A DNA stretch of 64,000 nt from contig NW_024704747.1 in assembly GCF_018977255.1 (NCBI RefSeq), forward strand, positions 19,530,001 through 19,594,000, written 5' to 3'. The position numbers and the translations under genes were made by a program. Below are positions 35,128 through 47,848 of this stretch, piece by piece (within the stretch, counting starts at the first letter, position 1; each line of letters opens with the position of its first letter). This stretch comes from Callorhinchus milii (Eukaryota). Under the pieces are notes generated by a model. That model was not told where the DNA came from and made no database searches. It worked only from the letters and a program-made list of their open reading frames with translations.

Positions 35128-37375
35128 TTAGAATTCTGTAACACGACGGCAAGAGCCAACAGTTGGGAAGCTTGCACCCCAGTCACTGTATCGCTTGTAT
35201 TCTCCTTTCTCAAGCAGGTACTGTCTTCCTCTGTAGTTGGCATGCTCAAAGAAGATCCAGGCACCTTCCAGCACTTGGCAGGAGTGGATCTCATGGGAGG
35301 GGAAGCGATCGTGGATTGATGGGCAGTCATCAGAGAATTCCATCATCTGTCCACTGAAGTCAGTTCTTTCGTAGACTCTAATTTTGTATTTACCGCCAGT
35401 GGCCTAAGACATTGAGAAATGGGAAGGCTGATGGTTAGTAATTTAACAATAACGTAACTGGGAAACTGTGTTACCAACTTCAGGAGAAATCAATTGAGAT
35501 GCAATATGCTTAAAGCAATTATGCTGTGTTTGCACTCCTGTCGCAGAGAAGAGTTCAGAATCTCTTACTTGCTGCTCAGAGCACTAATAGCATTGAGTGT
35601 TTTAGCCTTGGTGTCAGCAAATACCATTAAGCAGCATTTCTTATTAATAATAATAATCATTCAAAGTCCCGTAGCGTAGTGGTTAGCACACACGCCTCGC
35701 AAGCATGAGCACCCAGGTTCGATTCCCAGGCAGGGCGAAACCTTAGGCAAGTTTCCTTACCCCAGATGCTTCTGTTTACCTGGTAGTAAGCAGGAACCCA
35801 TTTGTTCGTTGATTGGTGGATTGCTTTCAGGGGATAATAATGCCTCAAAAATTGGTCACTCAATCCACGATATTTATGGAACATTGCTGTATGCAATTGG
35901 CTGCTGTGTGTCGCCCACAAAATACAGTCAATCCACTTTACAATATATTCAAGACGTCTTAATGACCTGATAAGGTGCTATTATCAAATGCAAGGATTAT
36001 TACTATTATATCATTATTTCTTATTAAATTATTAAGTTTATTGAGTCAAAAGAATGTAGGAATGCCTTTGAGATGTTTGTTTTATATGAAAGGTGCTACA
36101 AAAATATGTTGTTGCAGAAGAAATTGCATTAGATTTTGATATATGGATGAAGAAAGTGACTTTCTATGCTTTTTTGGATTTATACAAGTCGTAACAAGTA
36201 GAAATTATTCATTGGCTTGCAAAGAATGTTAAGGGAAGTTGACAGATTTAGCGTCGCAAGGAAGCTGTTTGATTTCCATTGGATGTCAGGTAACCCATGA
36301 ACAGCAGAAATCAGTGTTTCTACATAACCTCCTTAAATTATTATTCAGAGTTTAAAAATTTGAAAAAATAAGCTTTGAATAATTGATTAGAAAATAGTAG
36401 AGGGACAGTTTAACACAATGACAAGCAGCACTAGGAATTAGAAGACAGGAGAATAATAGACCCCTGGCTTGATAAGAAGATAACCTCAATGGATAGCATA
36501 AACTAAGCAAAGATGAAACACTTCATTACTATCAGCGAGTGCCAGTGTTCAGAGTTGAATCTTGAAAATATTCCCTAAAACTGTCAGTGTCTATAATATA
36601 GTCTATAATATGTGTATAATACAGTATGTGGTGGAAAATGTGACTTTCCATGACAGATTCAATGCAATTTTCACATAAAACTTCCTATGGAATGTCACAT
36701 TTTTCACCCCGGTGTTAATTACATTCAGTAACAGAAATTGAAGGGAAGCTGCAAGCAATATTTACAGGTCGGCCACTAATTACTTTGCTGAGTTTAAACA
36801 GAACGTTTAAATTTGCAGGGTGTGCCTTCTTGTAAAACCAACAGTGTCACTCACAGTGCTTTTAGTCATTTAAGGCATTTCAACAGCGCAACACATTGCA
36901 GGTTGCTCCCACAAAATACACAGTCAATCCACTTCACATTATGTTGCTTACAATATAAGTGCTTTGAGACGTCTTAACAACATGATAAGGCACTGTATCA
37001 AATGCAAGGATTATTATTATTATACTGTTACTTACGTGACGAATCTGACGACATGACTTGATGCTGTCATTATAGCCGTTCCAGTGCTGAAAGTCGGGAT
37101 ATTCGCCCCTGGTCAGAATGTACTGGTATCCTGTAAAATTTGTTTTCTCGTAAAGCACCCAGCTGCCACCTTCCACCCGGATGGAATTGCAGCGGGCAAA
37201 GAAAGTGTGAAGGTCTGAGCAGTCAGTGCTGCACTCGTAGCACTGACCCTGGAAGTTCTTGTCCTCGAAAAAGATGATCTGCGACAGAGAGAGCAAGAAT
37301 TGGATAAGAAGGCTGGTGTGCACAAATGAAATTCCTTCTGAAATTCACAGTAGTTGCTTCACTTACCTTTCCCAT
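35128..37375 (-). CDS. gamma-crystallin gene 8, gammaS-like and Met-poor (complete, 175 aa)
   Basis: Exons 37375-37367, 37278-37036 ([16 protein letters not shown]...[35 protein letters not shown]...) and 35403-35128 ([69 protein letters not shown]...RRVTEF*). AATAAA at 35078-35073. Confidence 0.93.
35663..36010 (+). mobile_element. tRNA-derived SINE, long variant (intron 2 of gene 8)
   Basis: Head gtagcgtagtggttagcac...caggttcgattccc, internal insert, core and tail. Confidence 0.85.
36893..37023 (+). mobile_element. SINE 3' fragment abutting the exon 2 donor of gene 8
   Basis: aaaatacacagtcaatccactt...atcaaatgcaagg(att)n ending ~12 nt from the exon boundary. Confidence 0.7.
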
Positions 37376-37424
37376 TTTTAATTTTCAACTGCTTTGATGA
37401 ACACAACATCAGAGTAGTGTCAGT

Positions 37425-37500
37425 TTATATATCAAACCAGATTGTGCGCAGTAATCTGAAGCTTTGTTATTTTAATGACCCATATTTGCATATCAGCGAA
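37425..37500 (-). promoter_or_regulatory. gene 8 core promoter
   Basis: TATATAAA at ~37425-37432; ctttgttattttaatgacc at 37462-37480. Confidence 0.7.
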
Positions 37501-38074
37501 ATCTAGGCTTTACTTCCTTTGTTCCCAAAATAATAGTTCGGTATTAAACAAGTCCTGCTCTTTGTCATATGGAATTATGTTTAAATGCTTGTGAGGTTGA
37601 ATGCACGAATAAAAATTTAGTACTCAACACCGTTCAGTTAAATATTTCTTATATTTTGTTCGGATACAGCATTGTGATTGTAATTTTTATCGGGAATGCT
37701 TTTAGTAGATGTCAATCATTTACTATGTTTTAAAAAAGCCTTTGTGGATCATATTTTGCACAATGTGTATTTATAAGATGCATCGAGATGTACAGAAAAT
37801 ATCAAATATTCTGAAGTGCCTGTCAAATTCTAGATATGCAATAATAAATCCCCCAAATTAAAACTGAACAAAAATATAGTCAGTTTGCAATGAAACACTG
37901 CTCAGGAGCTGTCAGTGTGTTGACTGCTAATCACGTAAAGCTAAACTAGAAAATGTACTATTTTAATGGTGGTTTAAATGATGGGAATGTAAGACTGTAG
38001 AGAAGAGACAATTGCAGCTTGGTTCCAAGATTACACAAAATACAGCAATGCTCTATCTTTCATTCCCCTCTCAT

Positions 38075-38487
38075 TGGCACAGTGGTAGCACTCTCGCCTC
38101 TGGGTTAAAAGGTTGTGGGTTTAAGCCCCACACTGGGACTTGGAAACACATAGTCTAAACTGACACTCCAATGCAGTGCTGGGGTGTGTTTCATTGTTGG
38201 AGGTGCTGTCCTTTGAATGAAACCATCTGCCTGTTCAGGTGAACATTAAAGATCCCGTGGCACTATTTGAAAAGAGCAGGGAGGTTCTCTTGGTGTTCTG
38301 GCCCAAATAAAATCAGTCACTCACTCCATGGATGTCTGCGGGCCATTGTTGTGCTCAAAACTGACTACTGTTTTTCACTCACAAAACACAATCAATCCAC
38401 TTCACGGTATATCATGCAAAGAGCTATGAGACGTCTCAATGACGTGATAAAGCGCTATATCAAATGCAAGGATTATTATTATTATTG
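38075..38487 (+). mobile_element. older Deu-domain SINE (second family)
   Basis: ggcacagtggtagcactctcgcctctgg...ggtttaagcccc head; body like 10914; L2-like tail. Confidence 0.7.
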
Positions 38488-38977
38488 ATTTCACCACCAA
38501 GTGCATATCTAATTTCACCAAGGCAATAAACCCAAATCAAAAGCCTTTTCAGTTGTGACATCATCTCCAATGGATACAGCTGGAGTTTCATAACCAGTTT
38601 TCCTGGGATCCTCAAGTGATGGGAGCTAGGAGTTTTGATGGCTTGTGGTTTTAGATCTAATCCTGGAAATTCAAGGTTCACATTTTTATAACACGGAGTG
38701 ACCTTGAAGTGCATATTGGATTCATTTAAGAAGAGAACAATGTTGTCATGGGATAGCATTGATATCTTACAAGAATTATGTCAAATAGGACAAAGAGCTT
38801 CCTTCATCGAAACCTCCTGCAATCTTGTGAATTGCTTTAGAGAAGTCAGTGAGAGCTTTAGCCATCAAGTCCACTTCAGTCAAGTAGAGAATAATCAGGT
38901 CTGATAATGTTGAATAAAGATAGTGTTAATTTCAGTATTCAGAAGGAACCGCTTAGAAAGGTCAAAAGGCAAAGTAA

Positions 38978-39181
38978 TGCAGATGCTGGAAACCTGGTAT
39001 AAACACAGAAGTCCCTGGGAACAGCATCCATGGAGAGAGAAAAATTAGCCAAAGTCTCAGGTCAATGACCTGAAATGTTTTGACGAAAAGTCATTGACCT
39101 GAAATGTTAACTCATTTTCCTTTCTCTATGAATGCTGCCTAACCTGCTGTGTGTTCCCAGCAACTTCTGTGTTTATACCAG
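38978..39181. repeat. ~200-bp imperfect palindromic element
   Basis: Perfect 19-nt inverted repeat ctggtataaacacagaagt (38994-39012) / acttctgtgtttataccag (39163-39181); inner 13-nt inverted repeat tcaggtcaatgac / gtcattgacctga. Confidence 0.85.
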
Positions 39182-40844
39182 CTTAGAGAGGTCTTTCTAT
39201 TGAGAAGAAAGTTAGAGGTGGGCCATTGAGCGGATGACAAGCTTTGTTTCTTTCCTGTGGAAATTGAGGCTGGTTCAGTCTTGAGTTGCATGTGTCCTTG
39301 TTCTGGTTCAATGTGAGTTGCAAGCACGCCGAGATGTTACTCTGCATATTTAATGCAAGTGTTATTGGGTGCTATATAATGTACGTTGTTGTTATTTAAC
39401 TGGGTGCTATTTAATGCAAGTTGTTGTGGTTGTTTTGCTTACCGGTAGCCTCTTTAAGTGTTTCTGTTTCCTTTACAAACTTAGAAAAACAATGGTAATA
39501 ATTATTGTAGCTTTTAATCTTTCCTGTTTCATTTACCACAAGAGCCGCATTTCAAATAAAAACATGAAAAATCTTAAAGGAGATTCACCACACCTCATAT
39601 TAGTTATTATAATGATGATACATGCATTTGTCATAGCACCTTATTATATCGTCAAAGTGTCTCAAAGCGATTCACAGGATTTAGAGCAGAGTGTAGTGAC
39701 TGTGTTGGTAGACAAATTTAGGCATTAAATAGAATAACCTAGCTCAACAATCAATGAAAAAGTATCTGTTCATATTTCTTCTCTTTAGCTGGGGGGACAA
39801 ACTACTGCATGCAGAGATGTACATTATTCACTCAGTACCATCATTGGCCTGCCACTTGCTTTTGCCTTTCGTGGCTTCAATTGCCTTGGTCTCCTGCAAA
39901 GGTACATTTGTGAATGCAGCTTAAGTATCATAGGACATCGTTCTTAGTACAATAGAAGTGCCTTTCATATTGGAGGACATCTCAAAATTCTTCATGGAAT
40001 TTACTGTACAGCGAGGTTAGTGACTGAATTTTGTAAAAGAACGCACAGCCAAGTTGTACGCAGCAATTTCCCTCAAATAGCCATGAAGTGAATCTCTTTA
40101 GCGGAATTGTTGGCCAGTACACTGGGAAAAACTCCCTTCTCTTTTTGAATAGTGTCATGAGAATCTGTAATGTCCACCTGAACCCGCAGACAAATCTAGA
40201 TTCAGGTGGAATTTTATCCCAAATATTGCTAACTGAAAATTGCTGAACTTACACTGTATTTTCATACTGAATTGAAAGGAATGTCAGTCCACCGTCAAAT
40301 AGCTAAAAGTCCAGTGATTTGGGCAAATCTGCAAAACTGTTCACATGTATGTTATGATCATATATCATCCTTGCATTCGGTACAGTTCTTTCACGTCAGG
40401 AGGAAATCTCAAAGCGCTTCATAGGATTCACTGTAAAGTGTGGATTTCCCATAACACTTTGAAAACTTAGTTCTGTCATTTACATTTGGTATTGGTTAGA
40501 GTTGGAGCTGATCACAAGCTCAATTAGAAATGCCTTGCCTTTTTACAGCCAAATAATTTATTTGACCAGTGAAATGATCTGCCTTTGTCAGCAATGCATC
40601 ATTGTGTTTCTATACTGATTTACAAAGGATATACTTAATGAGCGAACAATTTGGCAACCATTCCAGCTGTGACCAGCAACATTTGATTCGGCTTAGTTTT
40701 GCTCCTGTGGACTCATTATTGTGAAATCAACTGAGATTTTCAGGGCTAATAACGGCAGCCTGCTATTCCCAATCAGAAATAATAGCTGCGGCTATTTGAA
40801 TACTATTTTTGCAATGTTATTTTATTTTGCATTCGTTCAAGATA

Positions 40845-41255
40845 ACAACAAATATCAACAAATTACGTTTGTATAGTGCCTCTCACATCGGGAGGATGCC
40901 CCAAGATGCTGGACAGTCAGGGATTTGGACTCGAGCAGGAGTTTGGGATCAGGAGGATTGGAGGGCAGGGAGGGTCTGGATAGGAGGGTGGCTAAATTTT
41001 TTTTTAACTTTAACAGGTCACAGAGATAGGAAGGAGCAAGGCCGTGGAGGGCCTTGAAGGCAAGGACAAGGATTTTGAACTCTATCCTCTGGGGATGAGG
41101 AGCCAGTGAAGCTGGGAGAGGGTGGGGGTGACAGGGTCATGGAGCCTGGTGGGGGAGAGGACCCAAGCTGTAGAGTTGTGGATGATCTGCAGCTCGTGGA
41201 CGGAAGAGTTGGGAAGGCCGACAAGCAGGGAGTTGCTGCAGTCGAACCTAGATGT
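40845..41255 (-). mobile_element. L2 LINE fragments
   Basis: L2 tail at the left end; ccagtgaagctgggagagggtgggg...gatgatctgcagct match the L2 ORF2 C-terminal region. Confidence 0.75.
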
Positions 41256-41672
41256 AATAAACGCAAAACTATTTTAAACAGCAGGGTTGAGGGACATTCA
41301 TTTCCACTAAAACAAATACAACACGGGAAAAGTGTTTCAACTTTAACATCTGCTAAGATGATAAAGAACGAAAATAAAAAATTGTTGGATTATTATTCCA
41401 GATCTGTCCAATTGAACTTTCCATTGGGATTTATGCTAGCACGGTAGCTTAGTGGGTAAAGGTCCAGGTTCAGCAATACCCCATATAGACCAGAAGGTGG
41501 CAGGTTCAAATCTTGGCTGATCTTGGTTAATGTTGCACTTTGGTTCAATGTCTGGGTTTGGGAGGGGGCAACCAGTGTTCCTGCTCCCGGTGGCTATGTT
41601 AAAGTAATAGTAATTCTGCAGATAAAGTATCACATTAAATCTCATTAATTTAATCATTAATGCCCCGTAATT

Positions 41673-41986
41673 GTTCAATTCCCAGGCAGTGCGAAACCTT
41701 GGGCAAGTTTCCTTACACCACACGCCTCTGTTTACCTTGCAGCTGGAACCCAGCTGGTTGATTGGCGGATCGCTTTGCAGAGGTAATAATCCCTCCAAAA
41801 AAAANGATTGGGTTGCTCGATTCATGACTGTTTGTGGGACACTGCTGTGCTCAATTGGCTGCCGCATTTCGCCCACAAAATACATAGTCAATCCACTTTA
41901 CAAAAAATTATTTGAAGGGCTTTGAGACGTCTCAACGAGGTGATAAGGTGCTACATCAAATGCAAGGATTATTATTATTATATTAT
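41673..41986 (+). mobile_element. tRNA-derived SINE, long variant (head truncated)
   Basis: gttcaattcccaggcagtgcgaaaccttgggcaag, then insert, core and tail. Confidence 0.8.
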
Positions 41987-42049
41987 TAAGGACCCAGACT
42001 GCATGAGCAACCACCAGTGATTTGTTTGTTTCAATTCTGGACCTACCGA

Positions 42050-42527
42050 CAAGGAACTGAGAGGTTATACCTATCAGGAAAAGGCTGAACAAGCTTGGAC
42101 TCTTTTCTCTTGAAAAGAGAAGGGTGAGGGGTGACCTAATAGAGGTCTTTAAAATTATGAAAGGGTTTGATAGGGTAGACATAGAGAAGATATTTCCACT
42201 TGTGGGGGAGACCAAAACCAGGCACCATAAATATAAATAGTCACCAAATCAAATAGGGAAGTCAGAAGAAACATCTTTACCCAGAGAGTGGTGGGAATGT
42301 CGAACTTGCTACCACAAGGAGTAGTTGAGGCAAATAGCATAGATGCATTTAAGGAGAAGCTAGATAAGTACATGAGGGAGAAAGGAATAGAAGGTTGTGC
42401 TGATATGCTTAAGTGAGGAAGGGCAGGAAGAGGCTCATGTGGACATAAAAGAAGACATAGACCAATTGGGCTGAATTGCCTGTTTCTGTGTTGTATATTC
42501 TATGTAATTTTATGTAATTCTATATAA
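42050..42527 (+). mobile_element. CR1 LINE 3' fragment
   Basis: aggctgaacaagcttggactcttttctcttgaaaagagaagg...gacctaatagaggtctttaaaattatg (RLNKLGLFSLEKRRVRGDLIEVFKIM); (attctatgta)-type tail. Confidence 0.88.
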
Positions 42528-42799
42528 TACCTGGGTATCTCAGGTTCAACCACTCCAAGCCAGACAATGCTCACCTCCCACCCCAAAAAGTATACTGTTA
42601 GTTATGGTCCTCATTTTTATTAATTTAACCTTCATGGTGTGAAGGACTACAACCACCAGGATTAAAACCCAGAGCCTTCAGCCAGTTGAGCTACCTGAAT
42701 CTCTGATCGCTGTGTAGAGACCTCTGCTGGTATAGACTTGTGTTCAACTATGATGCCACATTTCTCCCTCTACCCTCTACCCCCCACAGTCAAATAATA

Positions 42800-43165
42800 A
42801 CATAATAATAATCCTTTCATTTGATATAGCACCTAATCACGTCTTTGAGACATGTCAAAGCACTTCACAGAATATACTGTAAAGTGAATTGACTATATTT
42901 TGTGGACGAAATGCGGCAGCCAATTGCGCACAGCAGTGTCCCTCAAACAGATTGTCATGGATTGAAGTGACCAATTTTTTTTGAAGGAATTATTAACCCC
43001 AGAAAAGCAATCCACAAATCGACTAATAACTGGGTTCCTACTTACTGCTAAGTAAACAGAGGCGTGTGGAGTAAGGAAACTTGTCCAACATTTTGCCCTG
43101 CCAGGAATCGAACCTAGGTCTCTCGCTTGCAAGGCCAGTGCTCTAACCACTGAGCTACAGGACTC
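42800..43165 (-). mobile_element. tRNA-derived SINE, long variant
   Basis: Full reverse-complement copy ending ctctaaccactgagctacaggactc. Confidence 0.85.
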
Positions 43166-45082
43166 AACCTAGCAAGACTCACTGTCAAGTCTTATACATG
43201 ACAAACACAATAAATCTGACAGATATGCCATGCAAGTTAACAAGCATTCCACCCTCTGTCGCCAGGAGGAAACCTTTGATTAGATGTTCATTGATCCCCA
43301 AAGGTAACAAAGTTAAAATTCTACAATGGTCCCAATGGACACAGCCAATCCCAGTTCTCTCTTTTCTCATACCTGGCCCTGACAACACAAGAATCATTAG
43401 ACTGCTCATAGAGGTAAACCTAGAATAATCTTTGCATTTGGTAGAGCAACTTTCACATTGGGAGGACGTCTCAAAGCACTTCATGGGATGTAACGTAAGG
43501 TGTAAAAAACTGTGTTTTGTAGTGACTCTTTGGAAGAACCAATGCTGTGAATTCTATCACAGTTGGAATACCCAATATTTATTCATCTGGATTATTGTCC
43601 ACTTCTTTGTGAAAGGTGTTGATTATTATAATTCAGAGACCGTTGCACACCTTCTTTGCTTTGTGCTCATGAAATATGAACTGTGATTAACAAGTGTGAA
43701 AACAAATTATATGCGAACCATAATAAAATAAGCTAAAATGTACCAGTTATCTCATGCTTTGTTTAGAATTATATCTATAATTAGTTTTTGGCAGATTTGT
43801 CTGTAAATTTGAAAGCAAATGTAGAGAGGCATGAATGTCTGGAAACTCAGGATTCCTATGGGAGAGGAACTTATGGGTCTTTAAAGTTGGGAGTGCAAAC
43901 AGTTCAGACCATAGGAAAAAGGAAATTAAATGCTAAGTTTTACATATAGAAGCATTAAACATTAAGCTAGGAGGTAATCCTTTTTTGGGGCATCTCATTG
44001 TACAAATTATATCACAGCTATGTAGAGGACACAACAAAACGCACAAACACAAATAGCCAGGCCACCTGCTTCTGTTCAGTTTTAACTGCATTTCATGTAG
44101 CATCTCTGTCAATATTTACTAATCTGATGTCAACAACAACAACAAAATTACATTTGTATAGTGCCTTTCAAGTCGGGAGGACGTCCCAAGACATTAGACA
44201 GACAGAGTTTCGGAACTGAGCTGGGGGCTGCGATTGGGGAGGGTAGTGGGGGAGCTCATGATCACCATATGAAATTTGCCTAGAAATATGTATAGTTGCT
44301 ACATCAAATTCTGTGAAATGCTTTGAGACATTTTGGCACCCTGCATGAAGGGTACAATATAAATAAAGCTGTTGTTGTCAACAGGATAAATAACGGGTAC
44401 CAAATGCAAGTGTTGAGACACGGAGATCCACAGCTTCAGAACGCAGTGGCTGTAACCACGGCTGTTGATGGTTGAGCGGAGAGGTCAAGGAATACGCAGC
44501 AAATTTGAGCCAGCTTAGCAAATGGGAGTTTGTAGGTGAGGGAAGTGCTAGGGCCTGAAGTGATTTGTAGGTGAGCTTGAGGATGTTGAAATTGATACAT
44601 TCTGCAATAGAAGATATCACCAGATGGACCAATGACAGCGACAAGCACTTACTTCCAGGACCAATATAGACATTAGGGTCGTTTATACCAGTCATAATGT
44701 CTACCTGTTCTACTGATAAATAAAATGAAATAAAATGAAAGAACATTTTCATTTACATCTTACCATATTTATCTAATTAAATTAGTCAGTCTTGGGCAAA
44801 AATTCCGATCAGTATTATGAGTCTTTGGAGATGTTGATCATCAAACAGATTTTCTATTATAGTCATACATTATCGAAGGTGCTGGTGAAACACTGAATGG
44901 AGGTTTTAGCCCTATGTATTATGAATATAAATTGTGTTAGAGCCAAGCTGTCTACATAGAATTACCACTGCAGGATTCACACAAAAATAATGGAACTGAT
45001 TCAGACAGTAATCAAGTAAAACAAATTTTATTAGCATTTGTAAATGTGACCAGAATGACAGAATCACGTTCTCAAGAACAAT

Positions 45083-46748
45083 TTAGAAGGAATCCCTCAT
45101 GCGTCTGAAAGATCCAATAGTTGAGCTGGAAGCGCCCCAGTCGCTGAATCGCCTGTACTCTCCGGGTCTCATGAAGTACTGGCGGCCTCTGTAGTTGGGC
45201 TGATCATACATGGTCCAGTAGCCGTCCATCACGTTGCAGGAGTGGATGTCACGGTAGTGGAAACGGTCATAGACGGATGGGCAGTCATCCATGAATTCCA
45301 TCATCTGTCCTCCAAACTCAGGTCTCTCGTACACCCTCATTTTGTAGGAGCCACCTCTGTACTGCAATATAGAATCAATTATGCATGTAACACAGCTGTA
45401 AATATATTTGCAATACACATCTTTTTAATGAAACTGTAGCGCATTGGAAAGAAAGCTATCTACTTGTGAAGATATCAAGGAAAAGGATTTCTGTGTCATT
45501 ATTCACCATTGATTGAAAATATCCAATTAATATAAAGCTGATCTGGCAATGAGCTGTGCATCAATGCAACGACTCTTATTTACGTGTATTTATTTAATAT
45601 ACATTCACGGCTCTCATGACTTCTTAAGTTGCTCTATTTTTGTTGTAGTTAATGGCTTATCCTTTCTCACTGTTTCCATCTATTCAAGAATTCTTAGAAT
45701 TCTTCTCTTTCCATCTTTGCTTCAGTCATATCTGAACTTCTCCGGATCCTTTCATAGAATGATACAGCATGGAAATAGGTCATTTGGCCCAACTAGTTTG
45801 TGACAGTGATTATACTCCACACAAGCCCCTACCAATACCCTGCTATTCTCCCTTATGTGTGCATCAAATTTCCTCTTAAATGCGTTGATGCTTTTTGCTT
45901 GAATCAGAACATCAGGCAATGAGTTCCACATTCTCACCACCCTTCGTATAAAGAAGTTCCTCCTAAACTCCCTTTTAAATCTGCTATTAGCTATCTTAGG
46001 TGTATAGGTTCTCATTTTGAACTCACCAATAAGTGGAAACATACATCAATTTTTGCCTTATCGAAACTTTTCGTAATTCTAAACAATTCAATCAGATCCC
46101 TTCTCAATCATCTCACCTCCAGAGAGAGAAACTCCAAACTGCCCAATTTTTGCGATAACACTTTCGACCCATCCCTGGGAACATCCTTGTAAATTTAAGC
46201 TAAGCTCTATCCAATGTTATATTATATATCCTTATAGGACAAAGAAAGAGAATATAATTATCATTTTAAATGAAACCGAAAGAATGGCTCAGACAGTTAT
46301 TTAATTAAAAAGAAGAGGAAGTCAAATTCATTGACCATTAGGGGGAAAAGATCGTAAATCATTTGAGCAAACTTTATAAGTGACGATAAGTATGTGACTT
46401 ACATATGGGTAGGTACGGCATGACCTGATGCTGTCATTGTAGCCCATCCAGCGCTGGTAGTCAGGGTACTCTCCCCTGGTCAGAACGTACTGGTATCCCA
46501 TGTAATTGGGTTTCTCGTAGGCCACCCAATAGTCGCTGTCAACACGGATGGAATTACAGCGGCTGAAGTAAGACTGCAGGTCGGCACAGTCAGTACTGCA
46601 CTCATAGTGCCGTCCCTGGAAGTTCCTGTCCTCGTAAAAGATGATCTAGAGAGAAAATAAATGAATTAATCTCGTCTGAATTGTGTTGATAATTTGTAAA
46701 ACATCATTAAAACAATCTAAAAATAGATGTTGGCCTTACCTTTCCCAT
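45083..46748 (-). CDS. gamma-crystallin gene 9 (complete, 176 aa)
   Basis: Exons 46748-46740 (ATGGGAAAG|gtaag), 46645-46403 and 45361-45083 ([16 protein letters not shown]...[10 protein letters not shown]). AATAAA at 45032-45027. Confidence 0.95.
45752..46220 (-). mobile_element. CR1 LINE 3' fragment in intron 2 of gene 9
   Basis: [42 protein letters not shown]. Confidence 0.8.
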
Positions 46749-46808
46749 GTTGATCTCACAATTAGTTAAGCAACTGACTGGATGTACCGTTGCTTCATAC
46801 AGCTTGAT

Positions 46809-46888
46809 ATTTATACGCTCAACTGAAAGGCCTCTGTAGGGAATACTTTTGTTATTCTAATGAACGCAGGACTGTATATCAGCAAAAA
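46809..46888 (-). promoter_or_regulatory. gene 9 core promoter: TATA, shared TAAT/Sox-like motif, Maf half-site
   Basis: TATAAAT at 46809-46815; tttgttattctaatga at 46848-46863; TTTTTGCTGA on the minus strand at 46888-46879. Confidence 0.7.
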
Positions 46889-47471
46889 GAGATTAAAAAC
46901 ATTCTATAGGCATTATGGAGAAAACAAGACCCTCATTCAGGTTTACAGATGCGACACTGACTCTTTTCATTTGGCTTTCATGTTGTTTCAATTGTTATGG
47001 GACAAACAAATGTCAAAGTGCGCAGAACTTCTGACAGCTGGTGTCATAGCATATTGGTTCCAAATATGCTGATTCTGGTCAATGTGTTGGTTACTCACGT
47101 AATTTTTGTAATTAATTTGTTTTTAAATTGACTATAAATCGAGATGACACTCAGGACATTTTTATTTTTGCAGATAGTTATTGCTACCAATGTGATGTCT
47201 TATCGATTTGATACAGTTCATTTTAACTTACTTTTACACAACGCCTTTCACGTCACAATAGTGTACTTGACAATGCTGGATGGGGTACGGGTAGGGTGCT
47301 TTAGGGGAAGGGAGGGGGAAATGGCCGAAAGCATAGTCAAAGAAGTAAGGTATGAGAAATGCCTTGAACAAAGAGAAATATACAATAACCAATGCGCTTT
47401 TAAAAATAATTTAATTGCATTCATTGTCCAATGAATACAGGGGCCAGCAACATTATTGGCGGCCTTTAAAT

Positions 47472-47848
47472 TTAGAGCACTCGCCTTGCCAGAGAGAGGA
47501 CCTGGGTTCGATTCCTGGCAGGGCAAAAACCTTAGGCTAGTTTCCTTACTCCACACTCCTCTGTTTGCCAAGCAGTAAGTTGGAACCTGGCTGTTAGTCA
47601 TTCGGTAGATCACTTATCCGGGGGTAATAATCTCTTAAAAAAACATTTTTTAAATACTGCTAATGATCATACTTTGGTCACTCAATTTACAACTGTTTGT
47701 GGGACACTGCTGTGTGCAAATGGCTGCCGCGTTTCACCCACAAAGTATACAGTCGATTCACTTTACAGTGTATTTTGTGAAGCGCATTGAGACATCTAGC
47801 TGACGTGATAAAGCGCTATATCAAGTGCAAGGATTATTATTTTTATTA
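47472..47848 (+). mobile_element. tRNA-derived SINE, long variant
   Basis: ttagagcactcgcc...ctgggttcgattcc head, insert, core and tail. Confidence 0.85.

Noticed and set aside
41438-41600. Possible third, ancient SINE head (tagcttagtgggtaaagg...caggttcaaatc)
   Set aside because: Too degenerate to classify from the sequence alone.
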